NCBI RefSeq assembly: GCF_006345805.1
Contig: NC_043008.1
Span: forward strand, 37,634,001-37,698,000
DNA length: 64,000 nucleotides
Source: Octopus sinensis
Taxonomy: Eukaryota
Direction of reading: 5' to 3'
Shown here: positions 41,261 to 54,775 of the stretch, piece after piece
How positions within the stretch are numbered: the first letter of the stretch is position 1
Layout of the letters: every line of letters begins with the position of its first letter
Position numbers and translations under genes: made by a program
Notes under the pieces: generated by a model
The model's database searches: none
Seen by the model: only the letters and a program-made list of their open reading frames with translations
Told to the model about the DNA's origin: nothing

Positions 41261-42355
41261 ACAGTGCAGCCCACTTACGAAATTAATGTGCAAATTTATG
41301 TGGCTGAGTATTTCACAGACAGACACGTGTACACTTCATGTAGTTCTCAGGAAGATTCAGTGAGATACAGAATCTGACCAGGCTGTCCTTTTGAATAATT
41401 GGTAAAATTAATTTTTGCCAGTCGAGTTAAGTGGACTGGAGCAATGTGAAATAAAGTATCTTGCCCCATAATGCAACACACTGCCAGGAATTGAACTCAT
41501 GATTTTAAGATCAGGCACTGAGTACCCTATCCTATTTCTTTACTAACCACAAGGGGCTAAACACAGAGGGGACAAACAAGGACAGACAAACGGATTTAAG
41601 TCGATTATATCAACCCCAGTGCATAACTGGTACTTAATTTATCGACCCCGAAAGGATGAAAGGCAAAGTCGACCTCAGCGGAATTTGAACTCAGAACGTA
41701 AAGGCAGACGAAATATGGCTACGCATTTCACCCGGCGTGCTAACCTTTCTGCCAGCTCGCCGCCTTCAGTACCCTATCCACTGAACCCTATCTTTTTTTT
41801 ATTACTGAGTACCCTATCCACTGAACCACATCTTTTCACACACATACACACTCATGCACACACACACACACACACATGAGTGTGTATATATGCATATGTT
41901 TATGTATATATATGTGTGTGTGTGAATAGTCTCTCTCTTGTACAGCTTATAAATGCAAGCACTTAATCTTTCACTTTTCTATATCTAAATTTAGAACAAA
42001 AATGGTAAAAAAAACCAACCCGTACATTTTCTAATTGTATAGAAAATTTATTTTGGGAAATCTCAAAACTGATTCATTTCTGGCTTATATGATATAAAAT
42101 GATAGATTAAAGTGCAATATCTGTTTTCTAGATGTGTAAATGTGCAATATCTTAAATAATATATTCAAAATTTTTTTTGTTTCAATCAGAAATTTCAAAG
42201 ATCATTAAATTGTTTAAGAATAACAGACATTTTCTGCATATAATTTCAATTTTTTTGTGACTACTTTCAATTTATTATTTATTTATTCATTTATCCTCCA
42301 CCTCCACCTCCTCCTCCTCATCATCATCATGATTATTATTATTATTATTATTATT

Positions 42356-42907
42356 GAGTGAGAGAGCAGTTCATGCCATCAAAGTGACACTGGGGTTAAA
42401 ATATACGAAGCCCAATATACCCATCATGACTACCCGTCTGATAAAGGTACACCAGGCACATGCATCACAACCATATGTGCGCGACATGGTGATCTCATAT
42501 CAAGATAAACAGCACATGACCTTGCAGGTGGGGCCCAGTTAGAATTTTTTCAGGTTGAGTAGCCCATCCCGCTCAAACGGTCCCTGAATAAGGGTGTTTA
42601 AGGATGTTGAAAGAACCACCCATGTTTCCAGAGGTGAATTATTCAAACCCCAAAGAATCCCTCTCAACACATGGCTATGATGCTCCCCCACTACTTCTGC
42701 TCGTGATCAGAGAGCACATATCGTCAGCCACTAAGGGACATGCTCAACTGGTTAAGGTCAAACAACTGACAAGCAAATCTGTGGTATTGAGCAGAATATT
42801 TGCTGTAGCCCATCTTTTATACAAGACAAAACAATGTACATGATAACACTTCCAATCAGTTAAGATCAGAAGCCATGAGAGCCACTGCCTGGTACTTCAT
42901 CAGGGCA
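42356..42907 (-). mobile_element. About 550-bp non-coding retroposon embedded in (TAA)n
   Basis: Higher-GC block with sharp ends and (TTA)n on both sides; minus-strand end ...ctctctcactc(AAT)n. Confidence 0.6.
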
Positions 42908-43158
42908 TTTATTATTATTATATTATTATTATTTTATTATTATATTATTATTATTATTATTATCATTATTAGTATTATTGCTACTACTAATGGTGAATAA
43001 TTAGGTATGGGTCAATACTTACAAAAGTCTCAAGGAAAATACAATTAATCTGTTTTTAAAAGTTTACTGTAGTGTAAGCTAAATTTTCTTTCAGAAGCAT
43101 AAATCTACACATAACCAAAGGTGATTATTTTTGTACAAAATAAACTTGCAAAGTTAAC

Positions 43159-43257
43159 CTGACTGAATGCATTCACTACAGGGAAACAATGCCATTGGCG
43201 AATATTGTAGATATTACTACTGCTTACAAAAATCAGAATGGTTACATTAGGACAGTA
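43159..43257 (-). CDS. Putative internal exon (YCPNVTILIFVSSSNIYNIRQWHCFPVVNAFSQ)
   Basis: Branch-like CTGAC, long AG-free pyrimidine tract, first AG used; donor CAG|gttaac; 99 nt, only phase 0 is open. Confidence 0.55.
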
Positions 43258-43568
43258 CTTACAGATAAAATAAGTACAAAAAAAAAAGAATAAAAAGACC
43301 AACAAAAGAGAAGAAGAATAATCGTCAGTTACATAGCTAATTAAAAAGATTCAATTCGATAGCCACATCTTCACACACACACGAGGATATATATATATAT
43401 ATATATATGTATATGTATATGTATATATTTATGTAAATATTTGTGTGTGTGTGTATGTGTATTTATGTATGTATGTATGCATGTATGTATGTATGTGTGT
43501 ATGTATGTATGTATATTCCATCTCATGCTGGCATGAAAAAAGCACCCGTAAAATGTATGTGATGATGA

Positions 43569-43607
<39 letters not shown>

Positions 43608-43658
43608 TATATACATACATACATATATATACATACATACATATATATACATATATAT

Positions 43659-43709
<51 letters not shown>

Positions 43710-43730
43710 TACATACATACATATATATAC

Positions 43731-43761
<31 letters not shown>

Positions 43762-44104
43762 CATATATATATATATATATACATATAATATATATATATG
43801 TATATATATATGTATATATTGATATATATATATTGAGATATATGAAATGAACATTTTGTAAAACATACAACACAAATAAAAGAAAAGTTTTACTAATGGA
43901 ATGTAATAAATAATTGCGCTTGACTCTGAGTGCTTGTCTGATCGTCTGACAGTCTGCTGTCTATATATCTTACTTCTGTGATGAATTTCCAATTAATTTT
44001 GAATAGCAAAAAAAGTCAATTTCAAAAATTTTAAACATCACCAATACTTAAGTCTGACTCACAGAATTATTCTTTGCACTTAAGTATTATATGGATTTAT
44101 AGTT

Positions 44105-45345
44105 CGGCCTCGTGGAAGCAAATTGGTTGAGTTCCTTTTGAGTGTTGGGCCTCATGGAAGCAAGGTGGCTGAGTTCCTTTCGAGTGGGCCTCATGGTAGC
44201 AAGGTGGCTGAATTTCTTTCAAGTGGGCCTCATGGAAGCAAGGTGGCTGAGTTCCTTTCAAGTGGGCCTCATGGTAGCAAGGTGGCTGAATTTCTTTCAA
44301 GTGGGCCTCATGGAAGCAAGGTGGCTGAGTTCCTTTCAAGTGGGCCTCATGGTAGCAAGGTGGCTGAATTTCTTTCAAGTGGGCCTCATGGTAGCAAGGT
44401 GGCTGAGTTCCTTTCAAGTGGGCCTCATGGTAGCAAGGTGGCTGAGTTCCTTTCAAGTGGGCCTCATGGTAGCAAGGTGGCTGAGTTCCTTTCAAGTGGG
44501 CCTCATGGTAGCAAGGTGGCTGAGTTCCTTTCAAGTGGGCCTCATGGTAGCAAGGTGGCTGAGTTCCTTTCAAGTGGGCCTCATGGAAGCAAGGTGGCTG
44601 AGTTCCTTTCAAGTGGGCCTCATGGTAGCAAGGTGGCTGAGTTCCTTCAAGTGGGCCTCATGAAGCAAGGTGGCTGAGTTCTTTCAAGGGGCCTCATGGT
44701 AGCAAGGTGGCTGAATTCTTTCAAGTGGGCCTCATGGTAGCAGGTGGCTGAATTTCTTTCAAGTGGCCTCATGGTAGCAAGGTGGCTGAGTTCCTTTCAA
44801 GTGGGCCTCATGGTAGCAAGGTGGCTGAGTTCCTTCAATGGGCCTCATGGTAGCAAGGTGGCTGAGTTCCTTTCAAGGGCCCTCATGGTAGCAAGGGCTG
44901 AGTTCCTTTCAAGTGGGCCTCATGGTAGCAAGGTGGCTGAGTTCCTTTCAAGTGGGCCTCATGGAAGCAAGGTGGCTGAGTTCCTTTCAGTGGGCTCATG
45001 GTAGCAAGGTGGCTGAGTTCCTTTCAAGTGGGCCTCATGGAAGCAAGGTGGCTGAGTTTCAAGTGGGCCTCATGGTAGCAAGGTGGCTGAATTTCTTTCA
45101 AGTGGGCCTCATGGTAGGAAGGTGGCTGAGTTCCTTTCGAGTGGGCCCATGGTAGCAAGGTGGCTGAATTTCTTTCAAGTGGGCCTCATGGAAGCAAGTG
45201 GCTGAATTTCTTTCAAGTGGGCCTCATGGAAGCAAGGTGGCTGAGTTCCTTTCGAGTGGGCCTCATGGTAGCAAGGTGGCTGAATTTCTTTCGAGTATTG
45301 GGTCTCATGGGGACAAAGTGGCCGAGCTCCTTTCAAGTGTTGGGT
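44105..45345. repeat. 39-bp minisatellite, about 30 copies (GAGTTCCTTTCAAGTGGGCCTCATGGTAGCAAGGTGGCT)
   Basis: Contiguous units with no spacers; the unit length divisible by 3 explains the repetitive ORFs. Confidence 0.97.
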
Positions 45346-47342
45346 CGCATGGAGGCAATGAGCAAGATCTTTGGCATTGCGTTGTGCTTGTGAAGAAGAC
45401 CCATGAAGTCAAACAAAAATCGCAATCATGGCAGATATCAGTGTGATGCAACTAGCACCTGAGCTGAATGCCTCCTCTGGACACCAACCATTTTAAGGTG
45501 TGTACTGGATGCTTTTTAAGTGGCACCTGCACTGACAGGGTCACCAAGTAACTTGCAAAAGAAAAATATTTTGAGAGCGGAGGAGGAGATCTTGTGTCAG
45601 ATGATGAAAGGCTATAGTGAGACAGAGAGACAGAAACAGGTGTCCTGCTGGAGAGGAGGTACAAGGTTACCTGGCTGGAGAGAGAGAGAGAGAGGGAGAG
45701 ACAGCAAGAGAGAGAGAAAGAGAAGATGGCAACAGAAATAGGCGTGCTACTGCAAAAGAACCCAACCTGAGGGAAGTGAAAGAGAAGGAGAGAGAGAGAG
45801 AGAGTGCAGGAGACAGCAGGATATAGATGGTGGCAAAATGCCAGGCATACTCACAATGGATGGGGGATCAGAATATAAATGGAATGGTTGAGTAAAGAAG
45901 GACAGAGATATAGATGGTGGCAGATGCCAGGGCATACCCTTGAGATTTGAAGGTTGTAATATAAGTGGCAGGATATTGTTATAGACCATCAAATATGCTA
46001 TACATGTACATACATAGTAAGAGTAACTTGTTAGCAATCTTACAACCGTACATATTTTTGCCATTTTATACCTACATACATGCATATATATCATCATCTT
46101 CATCGTTTAACGTCCATTTTCCATGCAGTCATTTGACTGTGGCAATGCTGGAGCACCAACTTTAGTCGAGCAAATTGACCCCAGGACTTATTTTTTGTAA
46201 GCCTAGTACTTATTCTATCAGTCTCTTTTGCCAAACTGCTAAGTTATGGGGACATAAACACACCAGCATCAGTTGTCAAGCGATGTTGGGGGGGACAAAC
46301 ACAGACACAAACATATACACACACACACATATATATGTATATACATGTATATAGGATGGGCTTCTTTCAGTTTCCATCTACCAAATCCACTCACAAGGCT
46401 TTGGTTGGCCCGAGGCTATAGTAGAAGACACTTGCCCAAGGTGTCACACTGTGGGACTGAACCTGGAACCATGTGGTTTGTAAGAAAGCTATTTACCACA
46501 CAGCCACTCCTACGCCTATAAATATATATATATATATATATAAAATATATGCATACATACATACATATATGTACGTACCTACATCTATATGTATATATAC
46601 ATGCATATATATATATATATATATATATGAGTACAAGGCACCACAAATAAACATAGAACACAACGAGAAACGAAAACATAAAAACAAACTAGGAAACGGA
46701 CTTTTTTTTAACAACGAAAAAACAGAGTACAAGACAAACAATACAAGGAATATTCCCCTTCATCAGCTGCCCCTGGTTCGACTCAATGCATGTTTCGAAG
46801 GTAAGGGCAGAACACGATCTGGCCGAAGCTAGTTTACATCTTCATGAATTATTGGTTAAGCAAAAAAAAAAAAAACAGAAAAACAGAGAGACCACTAGAA
46901 TAAGTACCAAGCTTAACAAAACAAGAAACCAATGTTGATTTCAGTGACTAAAACCCTTCAAGGCAGTGCTCCAGTATGGCCCAGTCTAATGCGGGAAACA
47001 AGCTTAGGAACAGAGGAAGAAGAAGAAACAGAATGACATTTTATAATCAATATTTGTAAACTCAATGACTGAATAACAAAAAAGAAATAGAAAAGCCATG
47101 TGTTCTTGTTTAATGTATAGAGGCAGATTCGTAGACACTCAGGCAATGGAATAATTATATAAAAAGAAAATATTTTTTTTGTGTGTGTAGAAAATCAAAA
47201 TTATGTATATTCTAAAGATGGAAGGTTTTACTCATAGATCATAAGTGCATAATGTCTCTGATTTGTGTTATGTCACAGAAAGAGGAAAATAATCTAAGGC
47301 TGTTTCAGAATTTGAATCTAGAATTACACTGTACCAAAATGG

Positions 47343-47570
47343 TAATCATCATCATCATCATCATCACCACCAGCACCATCACCAGCACCACCAGCACCAC
47401 CACCACCACCACCACCACACCACCACCACCACCACCACCACCACCACCACCACCACCACCACCACCACCAACCACCACCACCACCACCACCACCACCACC
47501 ACCACCACCATAACCACCACCACCACTACCAGCATCATCATCAATATTGTCATCATCATCATCATCATTT
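47343..47570. repeat. (CAC)n/(CAT)n microsatellite, representative of many (TA)n, (CA)n, (AAT)n, (ATCT)n, (AATAT)n and (GAT)n tracts
   Basis: Seen directly; such tracts generate most of the low-complexity ORFs in the ORF track. Confidence 0.95.
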
Positions 47571-47825
47571 TACATCCATTTTCCATGCAGGTGTGGGTTG
47601 GATGGTATGATTAGAGCTGGTAAGCGGGAGAGCTGTGCCTGGTTCCAGTCTGATTTGGCTTGGTTTCTATGGTTGAATGTGCTTCCTAACACAAACCACT
47701 TTACTGTGTGTAACTGGAGGTTTTTAATGTGGCACAAGCATGAGTGCTTTTATGTGGTGCTGACATAGGAGGTTTTTATGTGGCACCAGGACAGGTACTT
47801 TTACATGCATGTATAGAAGACTTAC

Positions 47826-47915
47826 TCCTACTATAGAGATACAATAATAGGGAACAGGAGTTGTAGACTTTTGTAAGATAAAATTATTCCTCAACTCTTT
47901 GATGGAACTACAGTC
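47826..47915 (-). CDS. Putative internal exon (DCSSIKELRNNFILQKSTTPVPYYCISIVG); alternative acceptor at 47945 adds VPNFGLCLTQ
   Basis: Donor GGA|gtaagt; acceptor cctttgcttgacccag|; phase 0 to 0. Confidence 0.45.
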
Positions 47916-48492
47916 CTGGGTCAAGCAAAGGCCAAAATTGGGCACCTGGTATCAGGATTGTTGCTAGGTATTCAGACTTTAGACTTTTCTACTAATTGGA
48001 TAATAATGTATTAGATAATACAATAACTCATGTAGTTAATAAGGGTGGGTAAAAGTAATGAAATTCTTTAGAATAATCTAGATATTCTTTTCTACTCTAG
48101 ACACAAGGCCCAAAATTTTGCAGGGGGGACCAGTCGATTAGATTGACCCCAGTACACAACTGGAACTTAATTTATCGACCCCAAAAGGATGAAAAGTAAA
48201 GTTGACCATCGCGAATTTGAACTCAGAACATAAAGACAGATGAAATAGCACTAAGCATTTCACCTGGCATGCTAACGTTTCTGCCAGCTTACCACCTTAG
48301 AAGAATCTAGATATTGATGACAATAAACTGGACTGTGTATTCCAGGGAGCTTTCAGCTTGGGGATTATGGACAATATTTGGAAATCACTAGCATGGTAGC
48401 ATGATAGCTTCTTTTCTCATTCTGTCTTAGAACATAAATGTGATACATTATTTACATTTGATGGATATTTGTCCTCATCTTGAGTGTTGTAA

Positions 48493-48536
48493 ACACAACG
48501 TTTCAGTTGATATACCCTCCAGCATTCAGCAGGTGT
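48493..48536 (-). ncRNA. Degenerate type I hammerhead motif
   Basis: ACAC CTGCTGA ATGCTG...CAACT GAAAC GTT GTGT; stem I ACAC/GTGT, palindromic AACGTT. Confidence 0.4.
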
Positions 48537-49169
48537 CTTGGGGAAATTGAATATAATGACACCAGTGGATTCATATAAAGCTAGAAGAGTAATGGAAAGG
48601 GCAGGACACGCCCTCGTCCATGAGAGGATCCATTACAACAAAATCATCAATTAGATAATGAAATCACAGAGAGGTTATCTTCATTACTTAGGAAAATAAC
48701 CAGAGATGATGATAAAAAGAGAATCCAACAAGATCTAGAAAAATAAATAATTTACTTAATTCCTCATCTCTTAAATATAGAAGTGTATAAATGTGATACT
48801 TGTCAACTCTTTGGAAGATGTAGTCTAAATTCAGTTAATACTTTCCTTTAGTCAGCTGATGTCAGGAAGGATATCCAGCAGTAGAAATCCAGTGGAAATT
48901 CAACAGAAGTAGACATTGGTTCATAATGCAGTCCTTGATTCTATTGGATCCTGTGAAACCATCCAACCATGGCAGATGCTGATACTGATGCTAATGTTGA
49001 TGCTGATGATAAACATTAGCAGATGACGATAACAATGATGATGATGATGATGACAACGACAATGACAACGATAATGATGACGACAATGATGGTGATGACA
49101 CTGATGACAGTGATGATGATGATACGATGATACGATGATGAGGATTTTCCATTTAATTTATTTTTGCTA

Positions 49170-49600
49170 TTTGCTTATTCCATAGCAGCAAGTTATGTCT
49201 TCCATACTGAATCCATAATTTGCTGCTGGAACTGCTACAGTGTTAAGTGCTCTTTCATCTTATGATCTGAGTTGAGTTCCCTATTTTTTTTTCGGGGTCA
49301 TTCTAGTCCAGTGGATGCATTCCTTCCAGATTATTTTCTTCATTCTTGCATGCAAAATCGGTTCATCCCAGTTAATTATCAGATTTCTCTACATGACATA
49401 TCTACTTCAATTTCTTTGAAATGTCAAACTGTGGGTGCAAATAAATATAGTCAACCTCCCCCTTTTGAAAGTGGCACAGGTGAATTTATTAAGCCCAAGC
49501 TCCATACTGATGCCACAACTATAAGGCTTTACAACCTGGAATAGATCTTTGAAGCAGTATCTTGGATTCGGCATGTAATTTAATATCATCTACTAAGGTG
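49170..49600 (-). mobile_element. R4/Dong-like LINE RT and thumb fragment
   Basis: VDDIKLHA, GISMELGLNKFTCATFKRG, ELNSDHKMK..NTVAVP remnants. Confidence 0.75.
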
Positions 49601-50577
49601 CAAGTGTGGGTGTGTGGTAAGAAGCTTCCTTCCCAACCACATGGTTCAGGGTTCAGCCCCTGTTTGGCACCTTTGATAACTGTCTGCAACTATAGTCTCA
49701 CTTCGACCGAATCCTCGTGAGTGGATTTGGTAGATGGAAACTGAAAGAAGCCTGTCATATATATATATAAAAATATGTATGAGTGTGTGTGTGTGTGAGT
49801 GTGTGTGTGTGTGACTGTGTGAGTGTGTGTGTGAGTGTGTGTGTGAGTGTGTGTGTGTGTGTGCACATGCACATATGCGTGTATGTGTGTTTGTGTCTGT
49901 ATTTGTTAGCTTGTTTATGTCCCCATAACTTAGAGGTTCATCAAAAGACACTGATAGAATAAGTACCAGGCTTTTAAAAAAAATGTACTGGGGTTGCTTC
50001 ATTTGACTAAAAATTCTTCAAGGTGTTGCCCCAGCATGGCCACAGTCTTACGACTGAAGCAAATAAAAAATAAAAGATATAACAAGTGGTTGATCAGGGA
50101 CTTCCCTACTTTTCAGCTACTTCCCATACAATTTAGGGCTGATCTCAGGTGGGGGCAAAAGCCAGATAGATCAAAGATTGGGAGGAAACAAGCCTCATAA
50201 AAGTATTCCTCTTTATATAAGAATTGTGTACACCAGGCTGTGTCCCGGGTTTAGGGTACATACACTGCATTCCTCTCTGCTTGCCATAAGTAATGGCTAA
50301 AACAACAACAACAGCTGCAGTTAAGGCAACGAGCTGGCAGAAATGTTAGCACACCGGCTGAAATGTCTACTGGCATTTTGTCTACTGTGACGTTCTGAGT
50401 TCAAATTCCGCCGAGGTCGACTTTGCCTTTCATCCTATCGGGGTTGTAAAATTAAATAATAGTTACACACTGGAGTCAATCTAATCAACTTAATCCCTTT
50501 GTCTGTCCTTGTTTGTCCTCTCTATGTTGAGCTCCTTGTGGGCAATAAAGAAATAAGAAACAGCTGCAGTTTTGCAC

Positions 50578-50639
50578 CAATGAAGAAAATTCTGAATGCT
50601 GTAAGAGGTGACTATAGATGTGGACAACAAGGAGGACTT
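50578..50639 (-). CDS. Tentative internal exon (VLLVVHIYSHLLQHSEFSSL)
   Basis: Acceptor actctttcttaag|, weak donor TTG|gtgcaa; phase 1 to 0 fits the chain. Confidence 0.3.
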
Positions 50640-50717
50640 CTTAAGAAAGAGTATTGCAGAAAATTTACCCAACTCACATTAGCATTGAAAGGTAAATGCA
50701 AAATAGTGATGATGATG

Positions 50718-50753
<36 letters not shown>

Positions 50754-52828
50754 TTGATGATGTTGATGGCCGTGGCTTTCAACATAATTTCTTTTCAATC
50801 AGGACTGACTTTGGGCTCGTCTTTCTCTTAATCATCATTATTGGCAATGTCATCATCATGATCATGGTCATCATCATCATCATCATTGTCACCTTCATCA
50901 TCATCATCATCATCATCACAATCGTCATCACCATCGACATCATCATGATCATCATCACTATCGACATCATCGTCGTCATAGTTGTAATCATTGCCTTCAT
51001 CATCATAATCATCACCACCACCGCCACCACCAGCACCACCACCACCAGCAGCAGCATCATCATCAATATCCTCATCATCAACATCTCCAACAACAACATC
51101 AACAGTAACCATTTACAATGCTACATAGACTTTCGCTGTAATGTGTTAAGTGATTTGGTCACGAACGCACGCAGTGCCATTGACAAGATACAAATAGCTG
51201 TTCACCGATATTGTTGTTTGATGTATATTCCTGAAACACATCAATTAATAGCATCTAAGCTTTCATTTAACTACAGTGAAATAGTCAGAATAAAAACAAT
51301 TGTTTAGTTTCTTCCTTTCTCTGCTGGAAAATGAAGAAACCTTTGTGAGTGAGAGGTGTGAAAGCTTTCAACAAAGAAAGACGTACAATTTTAGTAGCAT
51401 AAGTCTAAAAGTTTGCTTCATCACCCTACCAGCTATTTCCAAATGTTTTTGTAATTAAACTATAAATTAGATTATGATATAACGATATTGATTTATCATT
51501 TAGGGCCAAGAGATTGTGTAATATATTTGATGGAATTGAGCAGTGTACCCGACTGGTATTTGTTTTGTTATGCCAAGTCAGTTAAAAGACTTAATCGATG
51601 TGATGGACTACAGACGAAAGGATGTAGGGTGCATGTAGAAAAAAATAGAGACACATATACAAACAAACAGGCTCAGGAGAACAGTTTTACTTACACACAC
51701 ACACATAAAAAAACGTGGGTGTATATGCAAAAGATGCCTAGCAAGTGTATATATGCAAACACGTGTAATAATAAATGTGCATGAACTAACACATAGATAT
51801 ATATACAAGATTTAGCCATATGTATCATATGTATATTTCTTTATTGTCCACAGGGGGCTAAACACAGAGGGGACCAGCAAGGACAGACAAACGGATTAAG
51901 TCGATTACATCAAACGCCAGTGTATAACTGGTACTTATTTAAGCGACCCTGAAAGGATGAAAGGCAAAGTCGACCTCGGCGGAATTCGAACTCAGAACGT
52001 AATGGCAGACAAAGTGCCTATTTCTTTGCTACCCACAAGGGGCTAAACACAGAGGAGACAAACAAGGACAGACAGACGGATTAAGTCGATTATATCGACT
52101 CCCAGTGCATAATTGGTACTTATTTAATCGACCCTGAAAGGATGAAAGGCAAAGTCGACCTTGGCGGAATTCAAACTCAGAACATAACGGCAGACAAAAT
52201 AGCGCTAAGCATTTTGCCTGAGGTGCTAACACTTCTACCAGCTCGCCCCATATATATCATATATGTGTGTGTGTGGATGTATACACACTTGTACTCATAT
52301 ATATATATCGCAGGGGTGGCTGTATGGTAAGTAGCTTGCTAACCAACCACGTGGTTCTGGGTTCAGTCCCACTGCGTGGCATCTTGGGCAAGTGTCTTCT
52401 GCTATAGCCCTGGGCCGACCAATGCCTTGTGAGTGGATTTGGTAGATGGAAACTGAAAGAAGCCTGTTGTATATATGTATATATATGTATATGTATGTGT
52501 GTGTTTGTGTGTCTGTGTTTGTCCCCCTAGCATTGCTTGACAACCGATGCTGGTGTGTTTACGTCCTCGTCACTTAATGGTTCGGCAAAAGAGACCGATA
52601 GAATAAGTACTGGGCTTACAAAGAATAATTCCCGTTTGTCTGTGTTTGTCCCCCTAGATTTGCTCGGTTAAAGGCGGTGCTCCAGCATGGCTGCAGTCAA
52701 ATGACTGAAACAAGTAAAAGTAAAAAAGAGTAAAGAGTATATATATATACTCAATATAAAAGAGTGTACATTTAAACACAAGAGAAAATTACCTTTAATA
52801 GGTAATTTTACACGCTAGAAGAAGCAGT

Positions 52829-52914
<86 letters not shown>

Positions 52915-53132
52915 ATATTAATGCGCATTTCCCATGCTGGCAAGGGTTCAATTGTTTGACCAGCCCAGGTGTTTTACATGTGTCATCAGCATCGGTGCAT
53001 TTTTACACACTAATACTTTTGTGGATGATTTCAATTTTTGTATGGGATTGAAATGAAAATGTATTCTGAAGAGATGAAATGAAAATAACGAGTCTGCCAA
53101 TTTGTTTTATGTATGTGTGTGTGTGTATATAT

Positions 53133-53190
<58 letters not shown>

Positions 53191-53390
53191 TGCACATATA
53201 AATATATATATATATATAGGTGCAGAAGTGGCTGTGTGGTAAGTAGCTTGTTTACCAGCCACATGATTCCGGGTTCAGTCCCACTGTGTGGCACCTTGGG
53301 CAAGTAGTTTTCTGCTATAGCTTCAGGCCAACTAAAGCCTTGTGAGTGGATTTGGTAGACGGAACCTGAAAGAAACCCGTCATATATATG

Positions 53391-53443
<53 letters not shown>

Positions 53444-53661
53444 ATTTGTGTGTCTGTGCTTGTCCCCCCAACATCGCTTGGCAACCGATGCTGGTGTGTT
53501 TACGTCCCTGTAACTTAGCGGTGGTTCGGCAAAAGACCGATAGCATAAGTACTAGGCTTAAAAAGAATAAGGGTCAATTTGCTCGACTAAAGTTGGTGCT
53601 CCAGCATGGCCGCAATCAAATGACTGAAACAAATAAAAGAGTAAAAAGAGTAAAGAGTATG

Positions 53662-53695
<34 letters not shown>

Positions 53696-54714
53696 AACAC
53701 ACACCTACACAGTTGCACACATGCATACATTTACATATATGAAGAGAGTAAAACACCAAGAGAAATATGTCTATGTTTGTGGGTTACTAGAATGAAAATA
53801 TATATATCATAGATTTGTTGCATCAAGTTTGACTGTGACAAATTTATGAAATATTCGCATACAAATATACACATTATTCATGTGTGATATTCAACTAGGG
53901 TTTGGTGATCAATTGGAAGGCTTTCCATGAAGAGTTGGCCTTCATGGAAACAGCTCATGTAAATGTTGCAAAGTGGTTTTCATCCACATGTTTGAGTAGG
54001 AATCTTCATATGAAGTGTTAGTTTATGTGGTCTTTACATATGCTAGAAAGAGCAGTCAAATTTCTCTACTGTCATTTCTTATTGTCGTCCAATGAGAACA
54101 TCGTTGATTTTGGAACTAAATCATATGTGAGACATTCAAATAGTATACTTAATAAAATATAAAAAAACAGTTTTTTCCAGATTTTTTTTACTTCAATAAA
54201 GCAATAAAACTTATTGTCTTGAATGACAAATAACTGAAAAAGAGAGGGATGGGTGGGGCGAGAAATTCATGGGGAAAAGAACAGAAGGAGAAGAGAGATG
54301 ACAGAGATTTCAAAGGCTGCCATAGTAACAACATGGATATTTGTGCTTGTTGCATAAATGTGTAGACATATGCATATGTTTCTCTCTATATCTTTATCAC
54401 GATATGTATGTTTGTATATACACGTAATGTATGTGTGTGTATATGTATAAATGCAGCATGAAATAGTTGCAGCTGTTTCATCTAGATCATATTAAAAACA
54501 TACACCATTTATTCAGAGATAGACACATCATATATAGAGATAGATAGATAGCTATAGATACAGGTATATATATATATATATATATAACTTATAAAATAAG
54601 GGCAAAAGAAAAATTCTAATGCCAAATATGCCGAAAATAGACAAAATTGTCAATAACCTTTATAATTTATGCATCTCGAAACAAGCCAAAAGAAATTTCT
54701 AAAAAATTCCATTA

Positions 54715-54775
54715 TTACCGTATTGGTCCCAATTTCAGAGTTAATTCATAAAAATTTTCTCCTCCTCAGCGATAA
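54715..54775 (-). ncRNA. Compact type I hammerhead ribozyme motif with intact core
   Basis: TTATCG CTGAGGA GGAG(18 nt)CTCT GAAA TTGG(GA)CCAA TA CGGTAA: stem I 6 bp, stem II 4 bp, stem III 5 bp, AUA triplet. Confidence 0.65.

Noticed and set aside
44097-45446. Long repetitive ORFs, or a CRISPR-like array
   Set aside because: Units are contiguous with no unique spacers; the ORFs arise on both strands because the 39-bp unit is a multiple of 3.
47279-47341. Plus-strand exon-like segment KEENNLRLFQNLNLELHCTKM
   Set aside because: Isolated, with no linked plus-strand exons.
51206-51230. 25-nt candidate exon after a good acceptor
   Set aside because: Frame and donor are ambiguous, with no independent support.
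54455-54530. GAAACAGCTG palindrome resembling a hammerhead half
   Set aside because: The CUGANGA box is not recognisable and the cleavage U is missing.
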